From positions 22,751-86,750 of IMG/VR virus record IMGVR_UViG_3300043411_002463: 64,000 nucleotides of DNA; one strand, 5' to 3'. Below the pieces are notes generated by a model, which did not search any database, was not told the DNA's origin, and saw only the letters and a program-made list of their open reading frames with translations. Each line of letters begins with the position of its first letter. Positions within the stretch are counted from its first letter, which is position 1. Origin of the DNA: a virus. Both the position numbers and the translations under genes were made by a program. Positions 32,214-42,214 of this stretch are shown piece by piece.

Positions 32214-33385
32214 TACCAGTATATAAACCATCTTTAAATAAAGAAGAAATAAAAGAATATTTAAGTCAAGTTATTGACAGTACTTGGTTAACCTATGCTG
32301 GTGATTTTTTCAAGATTACATCTGAGAAATTAAAAAAAGTATTAGATGTTAAGCACGTATTATTATGTAATAATGGAAGTAGTGCCACTCATTTAGTAGC
32401 ATTAGCTTTAAAGTTTAAGCATCCGGAAATTACAGACATTATTATTCCCAATAATGTTTACATTGCAGCAATTAATGCATTTATTCAAGATGGAAATTAT
32501 ATTTGTCATTCTGTTGATGCTGATATTAATACCTGGAATTATTCTTTACAAGAGTTAGATTATCAATACAATAAAATTTCCAATAATGGACTTAAAAAAG
32601 TTGCTATTTTAATAGTTCATAATATTGGAAACATAATTAATGTTCCTAAGCTTCAAAGAAAATATCCCAATGCAGTCTTTGTTGTAGATAACTGTGAGGG
32701 ATTTACTGGATCTCATGAAGGAATTAATAGTGCATCTATTGGATTGGCTAGTAGTATTTCTGGATTTGGAAATAAAACCATAACTAGTGGTGAGTTTGGA
32801 GTTTTTTGTACCAATGATACAGAAGTATATCATTATATAAAGTGTATTTGGGGGCAGGGGATGGCGTTATCTAGTTTGCCACTAGATGATAATGGACAAG
32901 AAATACAGAGTCTATCATTCTTATTAGGCAAGAGGTATCAACATCCAGTTTTGGGTTTTAATTATAGAGCAACTAATTTACAAGCTGCAGTAATAGCTTC
33001 GCAATTAAATAGCCTAGATGAGATTTTATCTAAGAAAAAAAGATTATTTGGTTTATATAGAAGATATTGTAGAAATTTAGAAAATATTTTGCCTCAAAAA
33101 ATAGAAGAAGATACTGTTCATTCTCATTGGATGTTTGGTGTTAGAATTTTGGGGAAAAAATATAAAGAAATAGAAAAAATATTTTTAAATAATGGAGTAG
33201 AGTGTCGGCAAATGTTTTTCCCACTATCTAGTTCTTTTACTAAAGATAGAAAAGATGTATTGCTTTGGAAAGAAACCGTTGCTCAAACTTTAAATGAAGA
33301 ATGTGTTATTCTCCCAAGTTTTCCTGATATAGCAGATGAAGAGATTTTTCAAGTAATAAAATGTTTAATTGAAGTAAATGGATAA
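32210..33385 (+). CDS. per: DegT/DnrJ-family PLP aminotransferase, GDP-perosamine synthase-like
   Basis: MIPVYKPSL...IDSTW, FGNKTITSGE (PLP lysine) and GFNYR closely follow the perosamine synthase pattern. Confidence 0.75.
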   Translation: MIPVYKPSLNKEEIKEYLSQVIDSTWLTYAGDFFKITSEKLKKVLDVKHVLLCNNGSSATHLVALALKFKHPEITDIIIPNNVYIAAINAFIQDGNYICHSVDADINTWNYSLQELDYQYNKISNNGLKKVAILIVHNIGNIINVPKLQRKYPNAVFVVDNCEGFTGSHEGINSASIGLASSISGFGNKTITSGEFGVFCTNDTEVYHYIKCIWGQGMALSSLPLDDNGQEIQSLSFLLGKRYQHPVLGFNYRATNLQAAVIASQLNSLDEILSKKKRLFGLYRRYCRNLENILPQKIEEDTVHSHWMFGVRILGKKYKEIEKIFLNNGVECRQMFFPLSSSFTKDRKDVLLWKETVAQTLNEECVILPSFPDIADEEIFQVIKCLIEVNG

Positions 33386-35000
33386 AAATATGGATAAAAA
33401 ATCAGAATTAAAAAAAGAATTAAGCCCAATTGATGCAATTAATATTTACAATAAATTAGTTGAATTTTTAGCAAAATTAGATTTTGAACAAACAGTTATT
33501 CCTATTAAAATAAAAGAAGAACTTGAATTGTTTTCATCAAAAGACGAAAGCCAAAAAGATAAGTTATTCTCTTTATTTAAAGAGAAGCATTCTTTAGAAT
33601 TAAGATTATTTATTTTAAATAAGTTTAAAAATACTTTATTGAAAGAGTTTGATTCCATTAAAATGACATCAGAAGAAATGTTGTCAAAATATGAAATATT
33701 TACTGAAAGAGAATTTGATATTAATAAACAATTTGCTTTGCAACTTGAACACTTAGTACCTACTCTCATGAAACAGAGTTATTTACTTGATGCTGGATTT
33801 ACACCTGAAGAAATCACTTCAATTTTAACAAAAGAAGAAGAAGCAAAAATAGAAATTGAAAAATTATTTGCTCAAAAAAAACACAGAACATTTGATGGCT
33901 TGTTCAAGAGAGTAGAAAAAGAATCAAATACAGAAAATGCAGGGACTGAATCAGCAGATTCATTACAAAAAACAGGTAGTATTTATGCAAATAGTGTAAA
34001 AGAAGCTATCTATAAAATAAAAGAATTGTTTTCAAAAGTGAAAGAACCTCAACCCAGCGATCAAGAATCTAGTGAAGGTGAAGATTTAGGAGAAATAACA
34101 GAAGATGATTCTTTACAAGAATCAGATCTATCTACTGATATTTGTTCAAACATAGAATCTATGTCCATTCCAGGAACATATTTTAGCGTAGATACTAAAG
34201 ATATGTTAAAAGATCTTGATTTTTTAGAAGCAATGGGTAAAAATACCAAGACTGATCTACCTGCTCAACAACAAAAGTCACTAAACCAAATGATGACTAA
34301 TCAAGGTGGATTTAAAAAAATAAACAAAGAAATAGAAGATGATTTCTCTAGCGTTTTATTTGGGGAAAATGAAATTAAAAATATTAAAAATATGAATGCT
34401 AATGATTTATTTTATTTATACTTAAATGAATTAAAAAAAATCTTACATCAAGGTAATCTTGATAAAATCTATAAATCAAGAGAATTAATGGAAATATCAT
34501 ATAATTTAATATTGTGTTTCATTAAAAAACACAATGATTTAGAGGCAATTAAATCTATACCTGATAATGCTAATAAATTTTGGATTTTTATTAAAAGTGA
34601 GTTAGGATTATATCTTAATGTATTAAAGTTTCCATCAGTTGATAATATAAATACAATGTATAATATTATTATTAATAATAAAGAATCAATTGTTGAAAAA
34701 TTAGAAAAATGTATCAATTTTAATCATAATGTTACTGAAAAAACAACAGAAGTTCAACCAACTAATAAAGACATTAGTTCTTCATTACAAAATCTGTTTA
34801 ATAATCAATCATCACCTTCACAAAACGAAGTTGTATCACAACCAGGCGAAGTTACCACAGCAGGTCAACCACCACTAAGCATTAAAGAAGCTAAAGAAAT
34901 AATTGCTAAATATTCAGAGATAATAAATCAATCTAAGCCTAATCCAGAAACAAATAAATCTTTGATAGATCTTATTGAAGTACTAAACAAATCACTCTAA
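33378..35000 (+). CDS. Hypothetical acidic/coiled-coil protein
   Basis: 540-aa ORF rich in E/K with low-complexity linkers; alternative start at 33390. Confidence 0.55.
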   Translation: MDKNMDKKSELKKELSPIDAINIYNKLVEFLAKLDFEQTVIPIKIKEELELFSSKDESQKDKLFSLFKEKHSLELRLFILNKFKNTLLKEFDSIKMTSEEMLSKYEIFTEREFDINKQFALQLEHLVPTLMKQSYLLDAGFTPEEITSILTKEEEAKIEIEKLFAQKKHRTFDGLFKRVEKESNTENAGTESADSLQKTGSIYANSVKEAIYKIKELFSKVKEPQPSDQESSEGEDLGEITEDDSLQESDLSTDICSNIESMSIPGTYFSVDTKDMLKDLDFLEAMGKNTKTDLPAQQQKSLNQMMTNQGGFKKINKEIEDDFSSVLFGENEIKNIKNMNANDLFYLYLNELKKILHQGNLDKIYKSRELMEISYNLILCFIKKHNDLEAIKSIPDNANKFWIFIKSELGLYLNVLKFPSVDNINTMYNIIINNKESIVEKLEKCINFNHNVTEKTTEVQPTNKDISSSLQNLFNNQSSPSQNEVVSQPGEVTTAGQPPLSIKEAKEIIAKYSEIINQSKPNPETNKSLIDLIEVLNKSL

Positions 35001-35011
35001 ATAGTAGAATC

Positions 35012-35266
35012 ATGAGTAAAGAAGATGATCATAGAGGTTGTATACCAATAATAGAAAGTTTGCCTGATGACCATTGGATACTTAATTTAGACAAAACACT
35101 TTCTGAAATTCAAAACAAATCCGATGAAGAAATGGCGATATATCTTCATTTGTCATTAGAAGAGTATTATGATTTGCTCAGTCGAGCCGTTGAAAATGTT
35201 GAAAGAGAAACGGAACGAATAAACAGATCAATTATTGATAATAAATTAAAGAAAGATAATAGATGA
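35012..35266 (+). CDS. Hypothetical protein
   Basis: 84-aa ORF overlapping the gmd start (ATGA). Confidence 0.55.
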   Translation: MSKEDDHRGCIPIIESLPDDHWILNLDKTLSEIQNKSDEEMAIYLHLSLEEYYDLLSRAVENVERETERINRSIIDNKLKKDNR

Positions 35267-36234
35267 AAAAAGTATTAATAACAGGAATTACGGGACAGAC
35301 AGGTAGTTTTTTAGCTGATTTGTATTTAGAACGTGGCTGGGAAGTTTATGGAATGGTTAGAAGAGCTTCTAACTTTAATACACAAAGAATAGACCACATC
35401 TTTTCTAAAATTAAACTATCCTTTGGTGATTTGGCAGATCAATCATCTATGGATGAGCTTGTTAAATCTGTACAACCTGATGTACTTATTCATTGTGGTG
35501 CCCAATCTCACGTCAGAGTATCTTTTGATATACCTGTATATACAGCAGATGTAACTGGTGTAGCAACTGTTCGATTATTGGAATCAGTCAGAAAATATAG
35601 TCCGGAAACTCATTTTATTAATCTTGCTTCTTCAGAAATGTTTGGTTCTTCACCGCCGCCACAATCTGAAGCTACATTGTTTCAGCCATGTTCCATTTAT
35701 GCATGTGCTAAAGTCATGGGATATTATTCAACTATTAATTATAGAGAATCTTATGGTTTGAAAGCATCTAATGCAATTGTTTTCAATAAAGAGTCAGAAC
35801 GACGAGGTGAAACATTTGTTACTAGAAAAATAACAAGAGCTGCTACCAGAATTAAGTTAGGATTACAAGACAAGTTATATCTTGGAAATTTACAAGCAAA
35901 AAGAACCTGGATGCATTGTTGGGATGCTTGCGAAGCTTTGGAGTTGATGGGTAATGCAGAAACTTCAGATGATTATTGTATTTCTGGCAAAGACATGCAT
36001 TCGGTTGAAGAATTTGCTAATTTAGTTTTTGATAAGTTGGGATTATCTTTTAAAGATTATGTAGATTTTGATCCTAAACTATTAAGACCAAGAGAAGTAG
36101 ATGCTCTTCAAGGAGATTATACAAAGATAAATAAAGCTTTGGGTTGGGAGCCAAAAATCTCATTTGAAGGATTGGTAGATAGAATGTTGAATTACGATCT
36201 TGAATTGGCACAACAAGAAAAGAAATTAAAATGA
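35263..36234 (+). CDS. gmd: GDP-mannose 4,6-dehydratase
   Basis: LITGITGQ, AQSHVRVSFD, SSEMFG, YACAK, RRGETFVTRKITRA, LGNL, LRPREVD. Confidence 0.92.
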   Translation: MKKVLITGITGQTGSFLADLYLERGWEVYGMVRRASNFNTQRIDHIFSKIKLSFGDLADQSSMDELVKSVQPDVLIHCGAQSHVRVSFDIPVYTADVTGVATVRLLESVRKYSPETHFINLASSEMFGSSPPPQSEATLFQPCSIYACAKVMGYYSTINYRESYGLKASNAIVFNKESERRGETFVTRKITRAATRIKLGLQDKLYLGNLQAKRTWMHCWDACEALELMGNAETSDDYCISGKDMHSVEEFANLVFDKLGLSFKDYVDFDPKLLRPREVDALQGDYTKINKALGWEPKISFEGLVDRMLNYDLELAQQEKKLK

Positions 36235-37181
36235 AGAAGATATTAATTACAGGTTCTTGTGGTTTTATAGGTTCTAATTTTGTTAGATATGCAACTTATA
36301 ACAAACTACCATACCAAATATCAAGTGTAGATAAATTAGTATATCAACACTCAAAAAATAATCTTTATATAAATAAAGATCATAATTTTTATATGGGTGA
36401 TATTTCTGATTTTCATTTTATGAAAAATGTTTTTGAGTTAGAAAAACCACATATAGTTATTAATTTTGCAGCTGAAACACATGTGGATCAATCCATTGAA
36501 AATCCATTAAATATAATAGATGTAAACGTAAAAGGCACTCAAGTATTATTAGATTTAGCTGTTAAAAATAAAATAGAAAAATTTGTTCAAGTATCAACAG
36601 ATGAAGTATATGGTCATTTAAATGATGGCGATAAACCTTGGACTGAAGAAGATAAAACTAACCCAAGAAATCCATATTCTGCTAGTAAGTTAGGAGCGGA
36701 ACATTTAGTTAGAGCTTGCCATAATACTTTTGGGTTAAATTATATAATTACAAGAAGTTGTAATAATTTTGGAATAAGACAATCTACTAGAAATTTGATA
36801 CCTAAAATAATTAAAAATGTTTCGGCTAGCGAAGTTATGCCGATTTATGGCACAGGCATGAATGTTAGGGAATGGATATCAGCAGAAGATCATGTAGCGG
36901 CAATCTTAAAGATATTGGATAGTGATAAAACAAACGAAACATTTAATATATCGACGGGGTGGGAAATCTCAAATTTGGAGATGTTTCATTTAGTTACTGG
37001 ATTTCTTAATAAAGGTCATGATTTAATACGTTTCGTGCAAGATCGTCCCGGACATGATTTTCGTTACGCTATAGACAATGCTAAGCTCGTTGCATTGGGT
37101 TGGAAGCCAAGTGCATCATTTAAAAAACAATTAGAGCGTGCAGTTAATTGGTACGGAAATAATCAATGGTTCCTTAGATGA
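36231..37181 (+). CDS. rmlB: dTDP-glucose 4,6-dehydratase
   Basis: TGSCGFIGSNF, FAAETHVD, STDEVYG, PYSASK, NNFG, REW, DRPGHDFRYAID. Confidence 0.9.
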   Translation: MKKILITGSCGFIGSNFVRYATYNKLPYQISSVDKLVYQHSKNNLYINKDHNFYMGDISDFHFMKNVFELEKPHIVINFAAETHVDQSIENPLNIIDVNVKGTQVLLDLAVKNKIEKFVQVSTDEVYGHLNDGDKPWTEEDKTNPRNPYSASKLGAEHLVRACHNTFGLNYIITRSCNNFGIRQSTRNLIPKIIKNVSASEVMPIYGTGMNVREWISAEDHVAAILKILDSDKTNETFNISTGWEISNLEMFHLVTGFLNKGHDLIRFVQDRPGHDFRYAIDNAKLVALGWKPSASFKKQLERAVNWYGNNQWFLR

Positions 37182-37777
37182 TAAAATATAAATTTGAACA
37201 AGAAGACTTAGATAAATGTAAGAAATTTTCTGAAGAGGTAGATACTTCTTTTTATGCTACTAGAAACCAATTTAACTCTGAAAAACGAGTAAAAGATTCG
37301 TATATTGGTAAGCTTGGTGAAATTGCTGTATATCAAATATTAAAAAATCAAATAAAAGATATAACAGAGCCTGATTTTAAGATATATAAAGCAAAAGAAA
37401 AATCATGGGATTTTGATTTGAAGGGTGAAGGAATGAATCTTCATATCAAAACTCAAGATCTTAAAGTTGGCGAAAAATATGGAGTTTCTTGGATTTTTCA
37501 ATTTGGCGATGGTAAATCTAGGTCATATGATAAAGAAATATTTGATAGAATATCACCAAGCCAATATGTTGCATTTGTTTCTTTAGATTTGGTTGAATCA
37601 GAAGCAACAGTAAGAGCAATGGTAAGTTTAGATTTCTTACATGAAAAGAAAATTTGGGCAGCGCCAAAACTAGATAAATTAAAAATAGCAAATAAAGTAG
37701 CTGTTTACTTAAAAGATCTGGAAAAATATCCAGAAGAGTTAGACGCACTTAAAATACAACAAAATGAGCAGGAGTAA
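37178..37777 (+). CDS. PD-(D/E)xK-like nuclease
   Basis: GKLGEIA ... PDF ... DFDL ... LHIKT resembles the restriction-like nuclease core, with a variant catalytic triad. Confidence 0.45.
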   Translation: MIKYKFEQEDLDKCKKFSEEVDTSFYATRNQFNSEKRVKDSYIGKLGEIAVYQILKNQIKDITEPDFKIYKAKEKSWDFDLKGEGMNLHIKTQDLKVGEKYGVSWIFQFGDGKSRSYDKEIFDRISPSQYVAFVSLDLVESEATVRAMVSLDFLHEKKIWAAPKLDKLKIANKVAVYLKDLEKYPEELDALKIQQNEQE

Positions 37778-37782
37778 AATCA

Positions 37783-39069
37783 ATGACTGAAATCGTTAAT
37801 GATTTAGACAATTTACCACCAGATGAGCTGGAATTACTGAAACAGAAACTAGGAAAAAAGATGCCTGTAACAATCGTAGAAACCCGCAAAAGAAGCATGA
37901 ATTTTGGAATCGTTGGCACTGGTCAAGCAGGCTCAAGAGTCGCTGAAAAGTTCCATGAATTAGGTTATGAGACGGTTGTATTTAACACAGCTCAACAAGA
38001 CCTTGCTCATATCAAACTACCAGAAGAAAGAAAATTATTACTTCAATATGGTTTGGGTGGAGCTGCTAAAGAATTAGACATCGGTAGAGAAGCTGCAGAA
38101 TCACACAGAAATGAAATAAATGATTTGATTACCAAACATCTAGAAGACTCTCATGTTAATATCTTATGTTTATCATTGGGTGGTGGTTCTGGCGCCGGCT
38201 CTGTAGATACTATGATAGAGGTCTTACAGGCGCAAGGCAAGCCCATTGTAGTTATTGCCGTCCTACCAATGGATTCAGATGACGGTCAAACTAAGTCGAA
38301 CTCATTAGAAACGCTAGCAAAGATTGCAAAACATATCCAAGATAGAAGAGTACAATCTATTATTGTAGTGGATAATGCAAAAATCGAATCAATTTATTCA
38401 GAAGTTAGTCAATTAAAGTTTTTTGAATTAGCAAACGAAGTTATCGTTGAACCAATCGATAAATTCAATACCTTGAGCGCAGAAGATTCACCTGTTAAGG
38501 CTTTAGATAGCACTGAGTGGGCAAAGCTATTGATTGATGGCGAAGGCTTAACTATTTTCGGCAGTCTTGTAGTTACTAACTATGAAGATGAAACTTCTAT
38601 TGCCGAAGCTGTATTAAACAATCTTTCTAACAATTTATTGGCTGAAGGTTTTGATTTAACCCAAGCTAAATATGCTGGTTGGATTGTAGCAGCTAATGAA
38701 AAAGTTTTAGAAAAAATACCACAACGTGCTTTAACTTTTGCTAATTCGTTAGTTCAAGAAAAAGTTCCAGGAACAAAAACAGTTTTCCGTGGAGTTTATG
38801 TAACAAACGATGTAGATGATGATGTTAAGGTATATTCTTGCTTTAGCGGGCTTGGATTACCAACAAGCAGATTAGATGCTCTTAAGAAAGAAGTAGCATC
38901 TTCTTTTGCACAAGCCAAGTCAAAAGATGAAACTAGAAACTTATCTTTACATTTGGATACTGGCAAAAATTCTACAGTATCAGAAGCACAAAAAGTTAAA
39001 GATAAAATCGTTGCAAAAAACTCTTCTTTTGGTAAGTTTATGGGAAGGGTTACCGATAAAAGAAAATGA
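37783..39069 (+). CDS. Tubulin/FtsZ-superfamily GTPase (PhuZ/TubZ/CetZ-like)
   Basis: GIVGTGQAGSRVA (T1), FNTAQQDL (T2), GLGGAAK (T3), LGGGSGAG (T4 signature), VDN (T6), LDSTE (T7). Confidence 0.88.
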   Translation: MTEIVNDLDNLPPDELELLKQKLGKKMPVTIVETRKRSMNFGIVGTGQAGSRVAEKFHELGYETVVFNTAQQDLAHIKLPEERKLLLQYGLGGAAKELDIGREAAESHRNEINDLITKHLEDSHVNILCLSLGGGSGAGSVDTMIEVLQAQGKPIVVIAVLPMDSDDGQTKSNSLETLAKIAKHIQDRRVQSIIVVDNAKIESIYSEVSQLKFFELANEVIVEPIDKFNTLSAEDSPVKALDSTEWAKLLIDGEGLTIFGSLVVTNYEDETSIAEAVLNNLSNNLLAEGFDLTQAKYAGWIVAANEKVLEKIPQRALTFANSLVQEKVPGTKTVFRGVYVTNDVDDDVKVYSCFSGLGLPTSRLDALKKEVASSFAQAKSKDETRNLSLHLDTGKNSTVSEAQKVKDKIVAKNSSFGKFMGRVTDKRK

Positions 39070-40520
39070 ATAAAATTACAATCTTAGATCATAAGGTTGC
39101 AAAAGTTGAGTTAGATGATCCTATAATGTTCGATCGTCTAACTCATTTTCTGTCTTTTAGATTTACTGGAGTTGAATATAGTTCAGCTTTCAAATCTGGT
39201 AATTGGGATGGAATAACCTACATGATAAATGCAAAAAAACAATTTCCTATAGGTTTATTATCTAAAGTCAAGGATTGGCTTGCTCAAAACAACATCCAAT
39301 ATCATTTAATAGATGATTCTAAAGAAATTGAATTATACAAACCATTGGATATTTCTAAAGGTTTGGCTGCAGTTGGTTGGACTCCTAGAGACTATCAATT
39401 AAAAGTAGTAGAATTATGTAATCAAAACAATTTGGGAATTATTAGAGCTGCTACAGGTTCTGGTAAAACTTTAATTGGAGCGTTAATGACAGCTAACTTT
39501 AACAAGCCAACAATGGTTTATGTTATTGGTTTAGATTTGTTAAATCAATTTCATGAAACATTTTCTGCTTTGTTTGAAGAGAAAATAGGATACATAGGTA
39601 ATGGTGTTTGTGACATTCAGAGAATAAACATTGCTTCTATTTGGACTATTGGTCGTGCCCTGGACATTAAGCTAAGTGATTTGGTTGTGGATGATGAAAT
39701 TGACGAAGAGGCTTTTAAAGAGTCTGACAAATATAAGGTTATTACTGCATTAAAAGAAGCAAAGCTTCATATCTTAGATGAATGTCATATTGCAACTACT
39801 TCTACTCTAAGAAGTATACACAAGGCTATTAATCCAGAACATATGTTTGGTCTTAGTGGAACACCTTTTAGAGAGGATAATACAGATCTTCTTATAGAGG
39901 GTTTGCTTGGTCCTAAAATGATAGATATTGCAGCGTCAGAACTTATAAAAAAGAAAGTTTTAGTGCAGCCTTATATTAAATTCATTGAATCACCACATAT
40001 GAAATGCACTGGAAAGTATCCAACAATATATAAAGATTTTATAGTAGAACATAAAGCTAGAAATGAATTAATTGCACAAGAAACTAAAAAACTTATTGAT
40101 AAAAACTATAAGCCACTTGTCTTATTTAAAACAATAAGGCATGGTGATTTAATTGCTAAAGAATTACAAGCTTTAAATATTAGATTCGCCTTGTTATCAG
40201 GAAAGGATTCTTTAGATAAAAGAATAGAAGTTAAGAATAAACTAAATAATAATGAAATAGATTGTATTTTAGCTTCTACTATATTAGATATTGGTTTTGA
40301 TTTGCCTAAAATGTCAGGACTAATTTTGAGTGGTTCAGGAAAATCTTACGTTCGGGCTTTACAAAGAATCGGAAGAGTATTACGGACTTACCCAGACAAG
40401 AAAGCCGCAGCTATTGTTGATTTCTATGACAATGTTAAATTCTTGAAAAAACATTCAAAAGCAAGATTTGATATTTATTCATCTGAACCTGGCTTCATTA
40501 TATTAAACAATCCTTTTTAA
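39066..40520 (+). CDS. Superfamily 2 DNA helicase (UvsW/XPB-like)
   Basis: PRDYQ, ATGSGKT, DECH, SGTP, GFDLP, QRIGRVLR. Confidence 0.9.
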   Translation: MNKITILDHKVAKVELDDPIMFDRLTHFLSFRFTGVEYSSAFKSGNWDGITYMINAKKQFPIGLLSKVKDWLAQNNIQYHLIDDSKEIELYKPLDISKGLAAVGWTPRDYQLKVVELCNQNNLGIIRAATGSGKTLIGALMTANFNKPTMVYVIGLDLLNQFHETFSALFEEKIGYIGNGVCDIQRINIASIWTIGRALDIKLSDLVVDDEIDEEAFKESDKYKVITALKEAKLHILDECHIATTSTLRSIHKAINPEHMFGLSGTPFREDNTDLLIEGLLGPKMIDIAASELIKKKVLVQPYIKFIESPHMKCTGKYPTIYKDFIVEHKARNELIAQETKKLIDKNYKPLVLFKTIRHGDLIAKELQALNIRFALLSGKDSLDKRIEVKNKLNNNEIDCILASTILDIGFDLPKMSGLILSGSGKSYVRALQRIGRVLRTYPDKKAAAIVDFYDNVKFLKKHSKARFDIYSSEPGFIILNNPF

Positions 40521-40529
40521 AGAGGCAAC

Positions 40530-41105
40530 ATGGAAAGAAAAGCACCGAATAAAAGATGGGAAACTTTCTTTACAAAACTGGAATTACATTCTTCCAAAGA
40601 AGTAGAATCATGGAATGATTATCAATTATTAGGGTATTTTTGTGATGTGTTTTATCAATATACAGGGCATTTATTTCCATTTACATTCACTACTGCTCCA
40701 GGTAAATGTAAAGAGTTATTTTTTATTAAAAGTCTAAAGGCAATGTTAAATACAGAGTCTCCATTTCCAGTCAAGGAATATATAGATTGGATTTTTAAAG
40801 AGAAAATAATTCCACAAAAAACGCAAATAAGATCATTTGCATTGTTAAATCATAACTCTAATATTAATGAGTTTTTGTCAAAGAAAAAAGCAAGCAAAGC
40901 TGTCACAAAAAACACCAACATACCAAATGAATATATTTCAGTAATTGAATCATATAATTTATCAGCTTCTACTTATGGCGACTTGGCATTTATACTTAGA
41001 GCTATTGAGCAAGATCCAGAAGATCCAACTAGACAAGAATATGCTAAGATGTTTAAAGTATTAGAAGTGATGGGTTTAAGTAAAGAAAAAATTAAAGAAT
41101 TGTAA
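40530..41105 (+). CDS. Hypothetical protein (replication module)
   Basis: 191-aa ORF with an SD-like GAGG, located between the helicase and the loader. Confidence 0.55.
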   Translation: MERKAPNKRWETFFTKLELHSSKEVESWNDYQLLGYFCDVFYQYTGHLFPFTFTTAPGKCKELFFIKSLKAMLNTESPFPVKEYIDWIFKEKIIPQKTQIRSFALLNHNSNINEFLSKKKASKAVTKNTNIPNEYISVIESYNLSASTYGDLAFILRAIEQDPEDPTRQEYAKMFKVLEVMGLSKEKIKEL

Positions 41106-41106
41106 T

Positions 41107-41565
41107 ATGGAAAAGGTCAAATTCTTTTTAGTTAATGGGTTTAATGTTGAAGGATATGTAGAACATTATTCTGATGAAGAAGTTGTTATTTCTAATGGAA
41201 AAAATAGTGGAAATATTGTAATTCTAAATCCTGCCAAAAATATTGTTTTTTATTGTATTTATCCAGAAAGAGATATTGAACAAGAAGAGAAGTTAGATCG
41301 CAACTATATTGCAGAAATTCCACAAGATGAACCAGAGGTTCATGAATCAGATCCACATCTACGTGCCAAATCTATTGCAGAATTAAAAATGGCACAAAAG
41401 AAAATAGAACAAGAAAAGATTAGACAACAATTAACTACATTTAATATAGGAAGTTCTCAAAAAATATTTAAATATGAATATCCAAGAAAATTACAGAACT
41501 ACGATAGCCCCAAAGAAACTCCAGACGGAGATGGAAACCATCTTAGAAAGCTGCGAAAGTTGTAA
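41107..41565 (+). CDS. Hypothetical protein
   Basis: 152-aa ORF; N-terminus resembles an Sm/SH3-like barrel; 3' end overlaps the next gene. Confidence 0.5.
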   Translation: MEKVKFFLVNGFNVEGYVEHYSDEEVVISNGKNSGNIVILNPAKNIVFYCIYPERDIEQEEKLDRNYIAEIPQDEPEVHESDPHLRAKSIAELKMAQKKIEQEKIRQQLTTFNIGSSQKIFKYEYPRKLQNYDSPKETPDGDGNHLRKLRKL

Positions 41566-42214
41566 AGCTACCGATACACAACAACAAAAAACACTAGAAA
41601 TAGCATGCCCAAAGTGCTCATTGTTTTGCTCTATACTTAAAACATATGCAAACGCAAACATTCCAGTAAAGTATTGGCGAATCAAGTTCGATGATTCTTT
41701 TAAGAGTGACACAATACTTAAGAAAAAATTTGAAGAATTAACTTTGAATGGTAAAATTTCTCAAACATATAAAGATGGTATTTGTTTATATTTTTCTGGA
41801 AGTAATGGTGTAGGTAAAACGTTTACGGTTTGTAATATTCTCAAGAAGGCTTTAGAAAAGGGGTATGGAGGATATTATTGTACCTTGCTAGATATTGTCA
41901 ACAGGCTGGTTTACGATAATGAAAACAAAATAGATTTTCGTCAATTTCTAATTTCTGTAGATTTTCTTGTTATTGATGAGTTTGACCCTAGACACATGGG
42001 TACCACTACACAAGCAGCTTCTTTGTTTGGAAGAATATTGGAGGATGTTTTTAGAACTAGAGTGCAAAACAAGATGCCAACATTTATGTGTACTAATAGT
42101 TTGAAGTTAGATAAAGCTTTTCCAGAAGACATACAAAGAGCAATAAGTAGTTTGATGAATTATATGAAAGAAGTTCCTGTTTTAGGTAAAGATTTAAGGA
42201 AGGAAGGCAAATGA
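41474..42214 (+). CDS. DnaC/IstB-like AAA+ ATPase (helicase loader) with Zn ribbon
   Basis: CESC...CPKC, GSNGVGKT (Walker A), LVIDE (Walker B), TFMCTN, G-x-DLR. Adjacent to DnaB. Confidence 0.82.
   Translation: MNIQENYRTTIAPKKLQTEMETILESCESCKATDTQQQKTLEIACPKCSLFCSILKTYANANIPVKYWRIKFDDSFKSDTILKKKFEELTLNGKISQTYKDGICLYFSGSNGVGKTFTVCNILKKALEKGYGGYYCTLLDIVNRLVYDNENKIDFRQFLISVDFLVIDEFDPRHMGTTTQAASLFGRILEDVFRTRVQNKMPTFMCTNSLKLDKAFPEDIQRAISSLMNYMKEVPVLGKDLRKEGK

Noticed and set aside
21212-37181. Bacterial O-antigen/capsule locus (chromosome or prophage boundary)
   Set aside because: No flippase, polymerase or initiating transferase is present, and composition and gene packing are continuous with the phage genes on both sides.
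37783-39069. Assignment as cellular ftsZ or as proof of a nucleus-forming phage
   Set aside because: It lacks the canonical GGGTGTG and NxDFAD motifs and any dcw context, and no chimallin or multisubunit RNAP is visible in this window.
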